From a virus (Duplodnaviria; Caudoviricetes), in IMG/VR virus record IMGVR_UViG_3300009149_000033, positions 1 through 63,143 of that record: a DNA stretch of 63,143 bases; one strand, written 5' to 3'. The notes beneath the pieces were generated by a model that saw nothing but the letters and a program-made list of their open reading frames with translations, made no database searches and was not told the origin of the DNA. Within the stretch, counting starts at the first letter, position 1, and the number at the start of each line of letters is the position of its first letter. Shown here one piece after another: positions 35,035-46,814 of the stretch. Made by a program: the position numbers and the translations under genes.

Positions 35035-38000
35035 TTACATCCTTACAAGAGGTTTATTTGTAAGTCGATAAATATTTATAGCCGTATCTGCCTCTTCAAA
35101 AAATCCTGTTCTGTACTCTTCTCCATTATCTGTGAAAGTACCAACTTTATTCTCGTTTCTAGCTTTGTATACTTTAGAAATTATGATTAATACTAATTCA
35201 CCTCTTAAAAAAGGTTTAGTTATATCAGAACGAACTCTGCCTAATACGGGAACAAATACTTTTCTAGGAGTACTTATTGATAAAGGTAATGCCTCGTATA
35301 TTAAGTCTTTAGAAGCTTCCTCATAAAAAGTTCTGCCTAAACTATCTCCTACATTATTAGGAGAAGAAAAAATAATATCCCCACTATAATTATTAGAAAT
35401 AGTAGCAGGCAACTTTATGAATCCTGTCTCTACTGTAAAGTTAATGAGGTCTATGTCGTCTATATTAGAAAAAATATTATCATTTAAAAAACTATTATCG
35501 TTTACAGCTATATGCTCTATAGGACTCTCGTAAGGCTCAGGGATAATTACACTACTACTCCCCGTACCCAAATTAGACACATAAACAAAGTCTGACCCCT
35601 TTATTATCTCTACGGTCATGGATTCAGGTAGATCTTTTACACTCTGGTAAGGTACATACTTGTAAAAAACATTTGCAGTTGTGTTTGTAGCATCTTGAAG
35701 ACTAGGCAAACTAAATTGCTTTACTATTATAGGTATATAAGCTGTACCGTTTCTAAGATTGACCCGAGAATCTATATTAACCGTTACTATTGAAGTCCCC
35801 AAATTTTCTACCGATGATATAGGTACTGCTGCATAATAATCCATGCTACTCTCTGCCTGATACCATAAATACATCTGTCTGTTTTTTTCCCTTGTAGGAA
35901 AAGAGCTTACCCCCAATACTATACCATTAGCTAATTCTTCTAAACCAGAAGCCGGGTTTAGGAGGTCTACAGTAACTACATTTGTTACATCATTATCTTG
36001 AAGAGCTAAACCACTAACAGGATACATAATAGATTTATAAAATCCTGTTATACCCTTAGAGGTAACCCCATAGTTAGAAACATAACCAGCCCTATAGGCC
36101 CCTATATTCTCTCCCTTGTTAGATACAGTAATGCCTAAATTAGCCTGAACATTATCACTAGGAAACGTCATAACCTCTAAAGTTACTTCAACTATGCTGC
36201 CAGCAGGAATTATGTAGGCATCATCAAGATATACTATAAGATTAGAATCATCGGTAGTAGATTCTACCGTTTCTTCCCTATCTCTTATCGTTTTAAAATC
36301 TTGAAAAGTTGTAGCTACCCTATACTGAGAACCGTTAACATTACGAATATCTTTAACTGCAAATACAGAGTACTCGTTAATATTCTTAGGTACCTTAAGA
36401 ATTTTTGTAGAACTCTCTACACGAGTAAAGTAGTGGTACTCTATTAATGAGCCTCTAAATTGCTGCTCCCTGAATTTGTTTATAGACCTATTGTAGTCTG
36501 GGTCTGTTTCCGAGGCGGTTCCTGCGTCCTGGTACAGAGACAATTCATCAGAGTTTCTTGTATCAATAGCAGAATTTATTACTGTATAGTCTTTATAACC
36601 AGAGACCCTTTCGGTTAACTCTTCTATAATCTCACTAGAAATGTTTTTATTTATACCTCTATAGTAAAGCTTATTAGTAACATCACCAGGAACATACGTT
36701 ATACCTAGAGGTATCTTAGGAACTCTCTTAAGACCTACGCCGCTATAATCTAGATAAGTTGCTTTTAATCTGTAAACAACATTATCTGTCCCACCTGTAG
36801 GCGTATAATTTTGATCTATAGTAAAGGTAACACTGCTTGTTCCTAAACCTTCAAAAACACCCTCTACATCCTCTGTAACAGTTTCTGTACTCTCTACTAT
36901 TCTTACTGCCTGAGCGGAGTAAAAAGAAGGATCGTTATGAAAAAGCCCCTTCTGTATAGGGCCAAAAGTTAATTCTGTAGGAGTAGGAGTAGGATCCGCT
37001 GGTACATCCCTAACTCGCTCTACAAGAGAAGCTTCAGAAGTTACTTGCCCATTTAATAATGGTCCTATTTGAGTGGCTCCTGCATACGTATCCACAGTAA
37101 ACACAGAAGTACCGTATTGACTACCCTCTTGGCTTCTGTTTGATATACTGGTATAAAGACTATTATCCAAAAGATTATTAAAATCTTTTTCTAATAGGTG
37201 ACTGTAGGAATTGATGTTAATTTTTCTACGTATATCTACAATATCTCTTTCTCTAATTTCCTGGTAGGTTTGCAGATCAGGTCGTATAGCCCCGAGATTT
37301 TCATAGGTAGACCCGTTAATGTTAGAGTTAGGATCGAAGGGGGATAAATTTCTTCTTGTTACAAAAAACATAGGCACTGCATAAGCGTACCCGTCGACCG
37401 TGTTTTTACAGCGAGACCTCCATAAACCATAATCTCCGTTCTCAGTTCCCATGTTTTGAAAGAAATAATTTCCTGCACTAGACTCTGTAGTGTTAGGTCC
37501 TAAGCTGTATATATAGTCAGCGCCTAAACCTGCCTCAGGGAAATTAAAGGGGTCAACACCCTCTACGCTCCTTATCCTATACTGTATCTGCATTCTTTTA
37601 GTAGTCTCTACCCCTACCAAAGGATTAATAATATTGTCTATTAGGTATTCCTCTGCCTCGGACTCTATGTTACCTTCTGGGTATACTCTTCCTGAACTTT
37701 TATACACTAAATCTGTAGACTGTTCAGAAAAAATTCCTGCATTATAATTTAAAATTACCCCGTTATTTGATACATACCATCCTAAAGTACCTGTCACGTA
37801 AAAAGCGCTATTAAAAGAATTTCCATAGTCAGTGGACACCGTCTCCCACTTAGACCCACTATTATTAGTTTTTAAAAGAATTCCGTTGGTACCTGTTATC
37901 CAAGCTTTATCCTCTAACGAAAAATCTATAACAGCCGCACTGTCCGAAGTAAAAGAACCTGAGCCAGACCTTAAATCAGAAAGAGTCACGGGTACGTAAT

Positions 38001-39456
38001 TAACTGTTGATGTAAAAACTCTAATTTTTTGTCTAGAGGCTTCTGGAAGAGTTACATCTTCCGCTTTGTATGGGCTCGTTATTGAGTCAATGGCGTTCTT
38101 TAGCTCATCGGAGTTCTCGTAAAGACTTAAATTAAGAACATTTCTATAGCTTTGCCCGTCCAATATTCCATCATATTCTAAAATTAAAGAGTTAGGATAA
38201 TTTGAGGGAGAGATTTGATACTTAAAATTGTTAAAGTACCTTTTATTACCCGGATAAGCTCCGATAGAAAATTCAATAGGAAACTCTTTCCTTATATTAA
38301 CTTTTGTTAAAGTATTAGTATTATTAACATATATCTCATTTAAACTCTTATAAGACCCTCCGTAAAAAATTCTATCAGAGACACACGTCCAAGTAGATCC
38401 GCTATCGGTGCTCTTAAGTATAGTACCGTTATCACCTACCACTATTCCGTCATTAACTGTAAAGAATCCTAAAGAATTTAGGTTTACGTTAACATTTAAA
38501 GATGTAAGGCTATCTTTAACAATTATTTTTGTCCACGACAGACCTCCGTCTAAGGTCCTTATGAGTGACCCGTTTTCTCCACATGCCCAGCCTACAAAGG
38601 AGTCATAAAAATATACACTTTTTAAATTATCTGTTACCCCGTCTACGCTTGTAATAGAGTTAAAAAGAGTACCATCTGTAGATAGCAGCACTGTACCGTC
38701 ATCTCCCACTACACACACTCTACCATCCTCAATAATATAAACGTCATTTAGATTTGAACTTACATCATTAAAAACAATATTCCAGGAATCCCCGCCATTA
38801 TTAGTCTTAATTATATTGCCGCTGTTTCCTACAATATAGCCTAAGTCAGAGGTTTGAAATTTTATAGCATTAAAGTTCGTGTCTACAGGCTTCTCCTGTG
38901 AATTCCATATATTACCGCCATCGGTAGTGTTGAGTATTATACCGTTCTCTCCGCACGCCCAACCTACGCTGTCATTATACATGTAAATATCTCTAATATC
39001 ACCTACTTTAGTAATGGAGTCTGGCTTATTGATACCATCATTTTCACCGGGAGAAATTAAAGATCTCCACACTTCTAAAAACACACCATCTACACGGGAC
39101 CCAGAGTTTAACCCGCTTTGAGATAAATCTATTTTATTAACATGTTTTAATGCTGTCTTTGTATTAGTAATGTGTATAGGCCACCCATTAACTAAAGCCA
39201 CCTCAGGTTTTGAGCCTGTAGGATTTTGCGTGTAAAAGGACTCACTTAGGCTCGAAGAAGTATAATAAGGTCTATAGCTTAACCAACCAGAGGGTAAATG
39301 TGCTGTAGACTTTTGCCTTAGAATCTCTTGAAGCTCTTGAAATAGATTAACCTCGGCATCAAGTATAGACTTACCTTTTTGAAAAACCACTTTATCAAAA
39401 TTATACCCTTCAGCCTCATACACACTGGAAACATCTAATCCTAAATTTTTTGCCAT
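35035..39456 (-). CDS. Large virion protein with an inserted Ycf48/BNR-repeat beta-propeller, paralogue of 12026..15409
   Basis: About seven GWxxGxxGxIxxTxDGGxxW-type blades inserted between the FLEVW and YPEGN motifs shared with the paralogue. Confidence 0.8.
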   Translation of the reverse strand: MAKNLGLDVSSVYEAEGYNFDKVVFQKGKSILDAEVNLFQELQEILRQKSTAHLPSGWLSYRPYYTSSSLSESFYTQNPTGSKPEVALVNGWPIHITNTKTALKHVNKIDLSQSGLNSGSRVDGVFLEVWRSLISPGENDGINKPDSITKVGDIRDIYMYNDSVGWACGENGIILNTTDGGNIWNSQEKPVDTNFNAIKFQTSDLGYIVGNSGNIIKTNNGGDSWNIVFNDVSSNLNDVYIIEDGRVCVVGDDGTVLLSTDGTLFNSITSVDGVTDNLKSVYFYDSFVGWACGENGSLIRTLDGGLSWTKIIVKDSLTSLNVNVNLNSLGFFTVNDGIVVGDNGTILKSTDSGSTWTCVSDRIFYGGSYKSLNEIYVNNTNTLTKVNIRKEFPIEFSIGAYPGNKRYFNNFKYQISPSNYPNSLILEYDGILDGQSYRNVLNLSLYENSDELKNAIDSITSPYKAEDVTLPEASRQKIRVFTSTVNYVPVTLSDLRSGSGSFTSDSAAVIDFSLEDKAWITGTNGILLKTNNSGSKWETVSTDYGNSFNSAFYVTGTLGWYVSNNGVILNYNAGIFSEQSTDLVYKSSGRVYPEGNIESEAEEYLIDNIINPLVGVETTKRMQIQYRIRSVEGVDPFNFPEAGLGADYIYSLGPNTTESSAGNYFFQNMGTENGDYGLWRSRCKNTVDGYAYAVPMFFVTRRNLSPFDPNSNINGSTYENLGAIRPDLQTYQEIRERDIVDIRRKININSYSHLLEKDFNNLLDNSLYTSISNRSQEGSQYGTSVFTVDTYAGATQIGPLLNGQVTSEASLVERVRDVPADPTPTPTELTFGPIQKGLFHNDPSFYSAQAVRIVESTETVTEDVEGVFEGLGTSSVTFTIDQNYTPTGGTDNVVYRLKATYLDYSGVGLKRVPKIPLGITYVPGDVTNKLYYRGINKNISSEIIEELTERVSGYKDYTVINSAIDTRNSDELSLYQDAGTASETDPDYNRSINKFREQQFRGSLIEYHYFTRVESSTKILKVPKNINEYSVFAVKDIRNVNGSQYRVATTFQDFKTIRDREETVESTTDDSNLIVYLDDAYIIPAGSIVEVTLEVMTFPSDNVQANLGITVSNKGENIGAYRAGYVSNYGVTSKGITGFYKSIMYPVSGLALQDNDVTNVVTVDLLNPASGLEELANGIVLGVSSFPTREKNRQMYLWYQAESSMDYYAAVPISSVENLGTSIVTVNIDSRVNLRNGTAYIPIIVKQFSLPSLQDATNTTANVFYKYVPYQSVKDLPESMTVEIIKGSDFVYVSNLGTGSSSVIIPEPYESPIEHIAVNDNSFLNDNIFSNIDDIDLINFTVETGFIKLPATISNNYSGDIIFSSPNNVGDSLGRTFYEEASKDLIYEALPLSISTPRKVFVPVLGRVRSDITKPFLRGELVLIIISKVYKARNENKVGTFTDNGEEYRTGFFEEADTAINIYRLTNKPLVRM

Positions 39457-39457
39457 T

Positions 39458-42400
39458 TTATAATCCTCGTTTAGTAACTGCTGTATCTATAACATCAATG
39501 CCAGACAGACTAGCGCTATCAACTCTTAAATATTCAGTCTGGTTAGCCTGAATATCTCCTGAAGTGCTCTCATTACCCGCGTAATAAACATAATAAGCTG
39601 CTTTATATTCTTTTGTGTGCGGAGGAGACCCGTCTAACGTACTTACAATTATTTTACCATTAGCTTGTATGTAAGCCCTTCCATAGCCCGCGCTTACTTT
39701 AGAAGCGTCATCTACAAGCTCCAGGGCTATGTTATTCTCGTAAACAGTCCTAAAAAGGTTGTCGGGACCGCCTTTTTCCTGTGTATTATAAGATAAAACA
39801 GAGTTTATACTCCTATAAGAGATAATCCCTAAACTGTTAGATTTACTATAAACCTCAAAAGAAACCGTACCTAAATCGTCTAAAGGTATAAAAGACCCGT
39901 TTCTTTTCATCATCTTTGTTATTGGCATTATTATATCTTTAACGCCAGACACAGACTTAATAGTAGAAAGGACTGTACTTTGAGTTAAAGTCTCACCCAT
40001 TTTTAAATTATTAACTAAATTGGATAAAATAGTTCTTATCCTAGACTTAAGCCTCGAAACGTTTACACCAGGCTGTCTTATAATTTGAAAATTGAAATCA
40101 ATATAATTTCCTACAGCCTGCTTAATAGCAACATCCGCACAGGCGTGTTTAGTGTCTTTTATTTTATCAGCAACAGCATCGATGATACTGTTATACACAT
40201 ACGTAACAAAATAGTTTTGAGCTGCTGTATAGTTTACTGAAACAAGTTCTCCTTGCCTAATCATGCTTCCTGTTTTAAGTTTTATAACTGTACTGTTTAT
40301 TTCATTGCCCACGGTTACTATGTAGTCTACATCCTTTACATAAACAATTGATGTATCTGTAGGGTTATAAACCCTCAGGGTAGATATATCTACTCCTTTG
40401 TAACTGAGACTAGAATCCGTGTTAAAATATAAATTATGTTGCTCATCTGTTACGTTTATAAATTCCTCATCAAAGTCTGCAGTACTGGTGAATATAAACT
40501 CTACACCACCATCAGCTAAATTAGAAAGACCTGTTTGTAAAGGGTCGTCTTTTTTTACTATTTGATATAGATCTTCTCTTATTACATCGTTGTTTGAATT
40601 AACGATAGAAATTATTCTATCGAATGGCTGCTTTGTAAGTTTCAATAAATTGTCGCTTCGATATTTATAGTTCACAGTAATAACATCAAAGGCGCTCATT
40701 CCTATACTCAGATTAGATACGTTTTTTTGCAAAACAAAGGTATCAAAATCTCCTACTATATCTATACCAGTTAAATCGTAACTTTCCCCTTTAGTAACAT
40801 TCCTAACTTCAGAAACAGAAACTATAGGAGAATTACTGCCCACCTTTGGATTTCTACAACGGATTCTATACTCAGAAGCATTTGTCACATCAAACCTCTC
40901 TAAAGCATTTGCTCCTAAAGAATCTGTAGGGTATTCATATTTAAATGCTACTTGATCTACGGTTTGAGCTGACCTATTGTCTTTTATATAAATGTCTACC
41001 TTTCCGCCTACATGCTCATTAGTAGTAGAATAAAAATCTCTCATCATTAGTGGGTCACCGACTTTTTCTACTCGTACTTCTGATACTCCGGGTACCTCTA
41101 AAGAATCTTTTGTATAACCTCCCTCAGTACCGGAGTCGTAAGAAATTATTCCTAGTTTTATCCTATTAGCAAGGTCTCTATTGCTCTCTCTATTTACCCC
41201 AAAATCTGTAGGAGCGTTATTAGTTAACTGTAGGTTAGGGTTTAGGCCATTACCCACAGTTATAGTACCTGCAGGCACGTTACCGACGCTTCCAGCACTA
41301 GTGGCTTCTATATCTACGGTAACCTCGTACCTTTTTAGACTGGAATTGTAATAATATTCTTTACTTTCCGCCTCAATAATGTATGTTCCCACGATTCTAA
41401 ATGTTATAGAACTTCTTCCTGTGTCAGGGTCTGAAGGAGCAGTCAAAATAGTTCCGTCAGATATAAGAATATCACTATTTACAGTAGAAGTAAATAAAGT
41501 TACCGTTCCCCTGGATATTTGAGCCCCTTTTCTTACTAGATTATAATTAGATGCCAATTTATCAAATTGTTGGTTTATAAATATTTGAAAACTGACTTCA
41601 TCAGTAAAACCTAAAGCATCTGCTAATCTCAATTTCTCTACGTTTTGTGATAATGGATCACTAATCCCATCTCCGTCTGAGTCATCAAACGCTATTAAGC
41701 TATCGATAGATAGAGCTTTAAAAACAAAATCTTGTACTACATAATATTTTTCAAACATTAGGGTTATGGGATCTAGCACGTCTCTTATTACAGACCCGCC
41801 TATCACGTTAACCATGCTATTATTTGTTATAAGCCTTTTATTTATAGAGAGTAAAACATCGCTTCTTGTCCTTCTAGGCAAACCTAAGAAACCTACATTA
41901 TACTCTAAAAATTTACCCTCTATTTCTATCGAATAATTACTCTCTATAATCTGATTTGAAGAACTATTATATTTTACTATAGTAGTAACTAAATAGTATA
42001 TGTTATTAGGATCTAAAGTACTATTATCGCTTAAAAATATATTACTTATTTTACCTTCTTGGACCATAAGACTTAAGACAGAGGGGTCTATAGTATAAGT
42101 GTAGTAAGTCTTATTCTCTATTCTTGTTTTTGTTGTCGTTATTTCTAAATCCTCTAGCTCATCGCTATAATTAGAAACTCCCATGACAGTCTCAACAGTC
42201 TCAGAAGAGTCCACAGTATTTATATAGCTATCATTAATTAACTTATAACCGGCAGACCCTCCTCCAGAATTAAGTGAAAGATAAAAATTAACGCCTACAA
42301 AATCTTTCCCTTGTTCTGATGCTACAGATTCAAAAGGTACTAAAACCTTTATACTATCTTGACTTCTTTTAATGCTAACTCCAGTAGGAATGCTTATAGA

Positions 42401-42829
42401 CTCACTTATAGCATCCTCAGAAACTATTTCAGCAATAATTGTAGATACGGTGCTTTCAGTAACTGTATAGCTCAACGCTTGGTTTATTCTTCTTCTTTCT
42501 ACAGTTTTTAACTCAAGAGTTAAAACATCATCTTGCTGTAAATTTATTATTCCATAGCTATTAAATGACCAAGGTACTGATGTAGTATTACTTGTAGTTA
42601 CTCCTACTGTTACCCCAGCAGTAGAGAAAGAAGTATAATCAGAGGTTACACCATTTCTTAATATTTTATATCTTTGCTCTATAGTTAGTATTACGTCTCC
42701 GTCTAAAATATCAGAAACTACCGCAGGCACATCTCCCTGGATAATCTGTGTTAAAGACTCAGAAAAATACTTATTATTAGTACCAGACCAATTTGTTAAT
42801 GGGTATAAGATATTGGGTGAGGAAGCCAT
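39458..42829 (-). CDS. Baseplate J-like (T4 gp6 / Mu gp47) wedge protein, expanded
   Basis: GSVIRD, FDKLASNY...RK, AGSVGNVPAGTI, ESNRDLANRI, GTEGGY...VPGV, GGKVDIYI, NLKMGE. Confidence 0.88.
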   Translation of the reverse strand: MASSPNILYPLTNWSGTNNKYFSESLTQIIQGDVPAVVSDILDGDVILTIEQRYKILRNGVTSDYTSFSTAGVTVGVTTSNTTSVPWSFNSYGIINLQQDDVLTLELKTVERRRINQALSYTVTESTVSTIIAEIVSEDAISESISIPTGVSIKRSQDSIKVLVPFESVASEQGKDFVGVNFYLSLNSGGGSAGYKLINDSYINTVDSSETVETVMGVSNYSDELEDLEITTTKTRIENKTYYTYTIDPSVLSLMVQEGKISNIFLSDNSTLDPNNIYYLVTTIVKYNSSSNQIIESNYSIEIEGKFLEYNVGFLGLPRRTRSDVLLSINKRLITNNSMVNVIGGSVIRDVLDPITLMFEKYYVVQDFVFKALSIDSLIAFDDSDGDGISDPLSQNVEKLRLADALGFTDEVSFQIFINQQFDKLASNYNLVRKGAQISRGTVTLFTSTVNSDILISDGTILTAPSDPDTGRSSITFRIVGTYIIEAESKEYYYNSSLKRYEVTVDIEATSAGSVGNVPAGTITVGNGLNPNLQLTNNAPTDFGVNRESNRDLANRIKLGIISYDSGTEGGYTKDSLEVPGVSEVRVEKVGDPLMMRDFYSTTNEHVGGKVDIYIKDNRSAQTVDQVAFKYEYPTDSLGANALERFDVTNASEYRIRCRNPKVGSNSPIVSVSEVRNVTKGESYDLTGIDIVGDFDTFVLQKNVSNLSIGMSAFDVITVNYKYRSDNLLKLTKQPFDRIISIVNSNNDVIREDLYQIVKKDDPLQTGLSNLADGGVEFIFTSTADFDEEFINVTDEQHNLYFNTDSSLSYKGVDISTLRVYNPTDTSIVYVKDVDYIVTVGNEINSTVIKLKTGSMIRQGELVSVNYTAAQNYFVTYVYNSIIDAVADKIKDTKHACADVAIKQAVGNYIDFNFQIIRQPGVNVSRLKSRIRTILSNLVNNLKMGETLTQSTVLSTIKSVSGVKDIIMPITKMMKRNGSFIPLDDLGTVSFEVYSKSNSLGIISYRSINSVLSYNTQEKGGPDNLFRTVYENNIALELVDDASKVSAGYGRAYIQANGKIIVSTLDGSPPHTKEYKAAYYVYYAGNESTSGDIQANQTEYLRVDSASLSGIDVIDTAVTKRGL

Positions 42830-43578
42830 TAAAACGCCACTCTTTCTCTTGTTTGCGCGAACTCTAATAGTTGTTCGTACTGCAGACTCTTTCCGCTTCT
42901 TGCAGTAAATCTAACAAAAACTTTAATAAGAGTAGGATCTTCTTCAGCTCTTTCTAACTCTACTCCTATCAAGTCTCCGAATAACTCTCCAGAGCTTAAC
43001 TGCCTGCCAGTATTTATATGCTGAGTTTGCATCTGCTTTAATTTACTTATCGCTAAATTTATTTGATTAATAACTTCTAATCTAATCGTATCTATATCTA
43101 GGATCTTAGAACTTAACAAATCGTGCAGCGATGTTCCCATCCATTTATGAAAAGAATTACTGCTTACTCTCGTAACTATATATTTCTCAACGGTTTGTAA
43201 TAACAGCAACTCATCTTTAGCTGTTGTTATGTCTCCATTATTATCATATTTAATATCATCTAGAGCTGTCCCTCCGTAACATTTAGGACAATTCTCTTTA
43301 TTTGTAACATAGTTTAATTCTATTAAAGGTAAATAATCCCTATTTCTCCGACTTAAGTATACATACCTTTCTTTTATACTACTTATAAACTGATTAGGCT
43401 TTATAAGTATAAAAAATTGACCTGAACCTAATTCTATACCGTTTATCCTTACACTTACAGAGCTACCAGCTGCTATAGGGTAGTTAGAGATAAGAGTTTT
43501 TCCATCTGTTCCTAGAGAAACCCTCTCCCAAAGGATACGATGATCACACAAATTCTGTATTCTAAAATCAATAGACAT
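42829..43578 (-). CDS. gp25/GpW-like baseplate wedge (sheath initiator) protein with a CxH...CPKC metal motif
   Basis: LLQTVEKYIVT...FHKWMGTSL...DPTLIKVFV resembles gp25; directly upstream of the baseplate J gene. Confidence 0.75.
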   Translation of the reverse strand: MSIDFRIQNLCDHRILWERVSLGTDGKTLISNYPIAAGSSVSVRINGIELGSGQFFILIKPNQFISSIKERYVYLSRRNRDYLPLIELNYVTNKENCPKCYGGTALDDIKYDNNGDITTAKDELLLLQTVEKYIVTRVSSNSFHKWMGTSLHDLLSSKILDIDTIRLEVINQINLAISKLKQMQTQHINTGRQLSSGELFGDLIGVELERAEEDPTLIKVFVRFTARSGKSLQYEQLLEFAQTRERVAF

Positions 43579-43591
43579 ATTAAGGACCTAT

Positions 43592-43601
43592 TATTAATAG
43601 A
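43592..43601 (-). promoter_or_regulatory. Candidate late-promoter motif TCTATTAATA (copy 3)
   Basis: Exact 10-mer in a 26-nt gap, upstream of the gp25-like gene. Confidence 0.5.
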
Positions 43602-43604
43602 GTA

Positions 43605-44624
43605 TTAATAAGCGTCGTAGTTACTATTTCTTATAGCTTTTCTTAATGCCTCTAAAGTTGCTTCGGTCCTAGGCAAATAAATCCCAGACCCAATATTTAT
43701 TACTTCTTCTCTTTTATAGAAAATACCTTTTATTTCGATAGGCTTTTCTTCCTCATCTACTTCATCACAAAAAGGAACATTGCCTCCGTATTTTTTTCTT
43801 ATCCTATCCCTCCAGTACCCCTCAAAAGACTCTTCAAAGTTTTTATCAGACTTTGCAGGCATAATACCAGCGTAAGTTAATCTTTTAAATAATCTTTTAA
43901 ATAGCCTGTTTTCTCCTAAAGTATCTAAAATTATTTCTTGCACAGCATCCGCAGGACGTTCTATAATATCACTAACCCTATTTTTAAAATTATTAACTTC
44001 TTCCACGGACTTATTGTAGTTAACTGATAGTTTGTTTTGCTCTGTTTCTACAGTAGTTTCTTTATCTAAAAAAGAACCAGTTATAGTAGGGTCGTCTAAA
44101 GCATTTAAAATTTTCTGTTTTAAAACCTTTATTCTTTTATCTCTTACGTAGCCCCCTTCATTACCCTGTAAAAAAGCGGTAAGACCTGCCAAAGCTAGTG
44201 CCTTAGCTCTCTTTAGCTTATTCTTGTAAAAAACTAAAGAATTTAAGTAGTCATCTCTATTAATCAGTACTTTAGATAGCTTATATCCGGACAACATTTC
44301 TATGAGTGTTCCGAAATCTTCTACTTCAGAAAAGAAACTTACATTTAATATCGCTTCTGCTGTGTCTAAAGTTGATTTATAATCACTATCATTTATCCTT
44401 TCTTTATACTTAGCTATCTGTATAGAAAGCCATTTTACCCCTCTCCTATATTTTCTATTAACTCTATTTAATTTAATCCTGTACAAAGATTTAAGATCCT
44501 CCCGGGTAATACCCTCAGGAAACTCATTAATGATACTAATAAGATCAAAGGTTTTATACCTCATCATATGATAATTACCCGCAAGGTCGTCCAGTCTTTT
44601 ATAGTCTTCTGATCTATTAGCCAT
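43605..44624 (-). CDS. Hypothetical helical protein, 339 aa
   Basis: Coding-strand ORF within the tail operon. Confidence 0.7.
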   Translation of the reverse strand: MANRSEDYKRLDDLAGNYHMMRYKTFDLISIINEFPEGITREDLKSLYRIKLNRVNRKYRRGVKWLSIQIAKYKERINDSDYKSTLDTAEAILNVSFFSEVEDFGTLIEMLSGYKLSKVLINRDDYLNSLVFYKNKLKRAKALALAGLTAFLQGNEGGYVRDKRIKVLKQKILNALDDPTITGSFLDKETTVETEQNKLSVNYNKSVEEVNNFKNRVSDIIERPADAVQEIILDTLGENRLFKRLFKRLTYAGIMPAKSDKNFEESFEGYWRDRIRKKYGGNVPFCDEVDEEEKPIEIKGIFYKREEVINIGSGIYLPRTEATLEALRKAIRNSNYDAY

Positions 44625-44628
44625 ATCA

Positions 44629-45120
44629 TTAATCCTCTATAGAGTTCTCTCTGCTTTCAATATCTTCTATTCTTTTTAACTTTATCATTCTAATCATATA
44701 CTTTTTTTTGATCTCATTCTGATACCAGTCTAATTTTTTTACCAAAGGACCTAATAATTCATCCGCCTCATTTAAAGCTATTGATAGGGGAAAATACGTA
44801 GGATTAGGACTTATAACTTCGCTATTATCTACATAATCATAAGAATTAAAATTAGGAGGTGCCCCTAAATCTGAGAGATCAGAGTAGGGTACTACAGATT
44901 CAGCGTCTATGTCTTCGTCAATTAAATTATTTGTCTCTAAAAAATCTACATACTCTTGTTTCAATTTTTTCATCTCACCCTCTAAAGAAAATACTTGCTC
45001 CTGTAATAGAATAACTTCATGCTCTCTTATTTGAGAAGTATTCTCTACTATCCTATTAGACTCTTCTAAAGAGATAGTGTTGTCGGTACCGTGGACATTT
45101 AAAGGTCTTATACTAGCCAT
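44629..45120 (-). CDS. Hypothetical coiled-coil protein, 163 aa
   Basis: Coding-strand ORF with heptad-like segments. Confidence 0.7.
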   Translation of the reverse strand: MASIRPLNVHGTDNTISLEESNRIVENTSQIREHEVILLQEQVFSLEGEMKKLKQEYVDFLETNNLIDEDIDAESVVPYSDLSDLGAPPNFNSYDYVDNSEVISPNPTYFPLSIALNEADELLGPLVKKLDWYQNEIKKKYMIRMIKLKRIEDIESRENSIED

Positions 45121-45128
45121 AATTAATC

Positions 45129-46814
45129 CTACTCTGTAGAGGATAAGAGAATACTTTTGTAGATACCAAAAGCTTCTTGAAATTTCTTTATCTTTTCTTT
45201 GTACTCTTCTGCCTGCTCCTCTGGTATAAATCTTTGGTCTAGATCCCCATTACCAAGAACCGGAAAACCGTAAACTATGGCTACACCGGCGTAAAGACCT
45301 TCTTCCTGGCTAATAGTATCATTATCTAACTCAGCATTACTAAACCTTTCTACTAAACCCTGCATACCACCTTCTTCTGGTTCAAGATTTAACAAAAGAA
45401 CAGTACCGCTTAATTTATACGAGAGTATTCTCTGTATTATCTCTTTTATTTTCTGCACTACCTCCAAAAGTTTAGATACTTTTTTAGAAAGAAAATCAAT
45501 ATATTTATCTAGTGCGGATCCCGCACTACTTAAAGACCCACTAAGTCTATCAGCAAAATTATTTAGTAACCTAAATATGCTATTAAACTCTAATGGTAAT
45601 AGATCTCCTAAAGTAAGATTTATCCATTCTTGTGCTAAATCGTCCGTATCTACAGGGTTTCCGTCTACATCTTCTACTAAATATTTTTTTAGCTCACTCA
45701 GTGGAATACAGCTACGAGGCGTAGCGCTCACTCTATTAGACCCTAACGGGCTCTCTACTGCCTGTAAAAACTCAAATTTGTCACTAAAATCAAATCCAGC
45801 TTTACTGAATAACTGGTAATGATATTTTGTCCCTGACTCTACGTCAAAATCAACATACTTATATTTATTCTTAACAAGAAGAGAATCCACTTCTACCGGC
45901 TCTCCTCCATTAAAATCTTCGTCAGAAAAAGCAAACCTTATTACTTTTTTACCATTTACCTCTACTACTTTTTTTAAACCTTTAGCAGCCTTACACCTAT
46001 AGATATAGTAGCCAGTAACCCCCAATACTCCTGATGGTTGCTCCCAACTAATTTCTACCCCTAGTTTCTTCTCTCTTGTTTCATTCCTAAAATAGCCTGA
46101 ATTTGCAGCAACGTTAACAGGCGGAGGCGGCATAGGATTACTAAACCCAAAAAATCTAGATAATACTCCTAAATTCTTAATCATATCAGCTACCGCTCCT
46201 GGATCATTCGTAGAAAATCCAGTAGCAATCACAAAAGCTCCTACGCTGTCCTGCGCTACAAAAGGAGGGGCTGTAGGATCTTTAGAGTTTAAGCATGAAG
46301 ATATAAAAACTGACTTATACTCAGAGAAACCCCCATTTATAGGCAACTCGAATTTAGGTTTCTTAGGGTCCATTTGAGGTATTATTGGTAAAACATATAA
46401 CCCCGTACCCAACAAAGATTCAATAAACTCCTTTAATCCTTTTATAACCTGCTTAACTACTACCTTAATAAGCTTAGATAAAGACTTTAAATCATTACTA
46501 AAGAGCCTCATTATCTTCAGTACTACAGTAACTACCTTTATAATTTTATCTAGGGCTTTTAGTGGCTTCTCTGCTGCTTCAGCCAAAGACTCTATTTTAG
46601 ATAAATCCACATTAATAGTAAAATCAATCCAGGAAGAACCCCCTTCTTCACCGTCTGAAATATTGGAGTCAATCTGACTCCCCTGCCTAAGCACTGGGGG
46701 CAGAGTAGTCGTACCTGAAGAATTAAGGTCTGAGAGCTCAGTGTTACTGGGCTCTTCTGGTAACTCAGGTACTACAAACTCAGATTTAATCTTTGTCCTT
46801 GGTCTTACGCTCAT
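45129..46814 (-). CDS. Tail-region protein with a central FN3-like domain flanked by a duplicated helical domain
   Basis: PPPVNV...ISWEQP...VTGYYIYR...YVDFDVESGTKYHYQL (FN3 pattern). Confidence 0.7.
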   Translation of the reverse strand: MSVRPRTKIKSEFVVPELPEEPSNTELSDLNSSGTTTLPPVLRQGSQIDSNISDGEEGGSSWIDFTINVDLSKIESLAEAAEKPLKALDKIIKVVTVVLKIMRLFSNDLKSLSKLIKVVVKQVIKGLKEFIESLLGTGLYVLPIIPQMDPKKPKFELPINGGFSEYKSVFISSCLNSKDPTAPPFVAQDSVGAFVIATGFSTNDPGAVADMIKNLGVLSRFFGFSNPMPPPPVNVAANSGYFRNETREKKLGVEISWEQPSGVLGVTGYYIYRCKAAKGLKKVVEVNGKKVIRFAFSDEDFNGGEPVEVDSLLVKNKYKYVDFDVESGTKYHYQLFSKAGFDFSDKFEFLQAVESPLGSNRVSATPRSCIPLSELKKYLVEDVDGNPVDTDDLAQEWINLTLGDLLPLEFNSIFRLLNNFADRLSGSLSSAGSALDKYIDFLSKKVSKLLEVVQKIKEIIQRILSYKLSGTVLLLNLEPEEGGMQGLVERFSNAELDNDTISQEEGLYAGVAIVYGFPVLGNGDLDQRFIPEEQAEEYKEKIKKFQEAFGIYKSILLSSTE

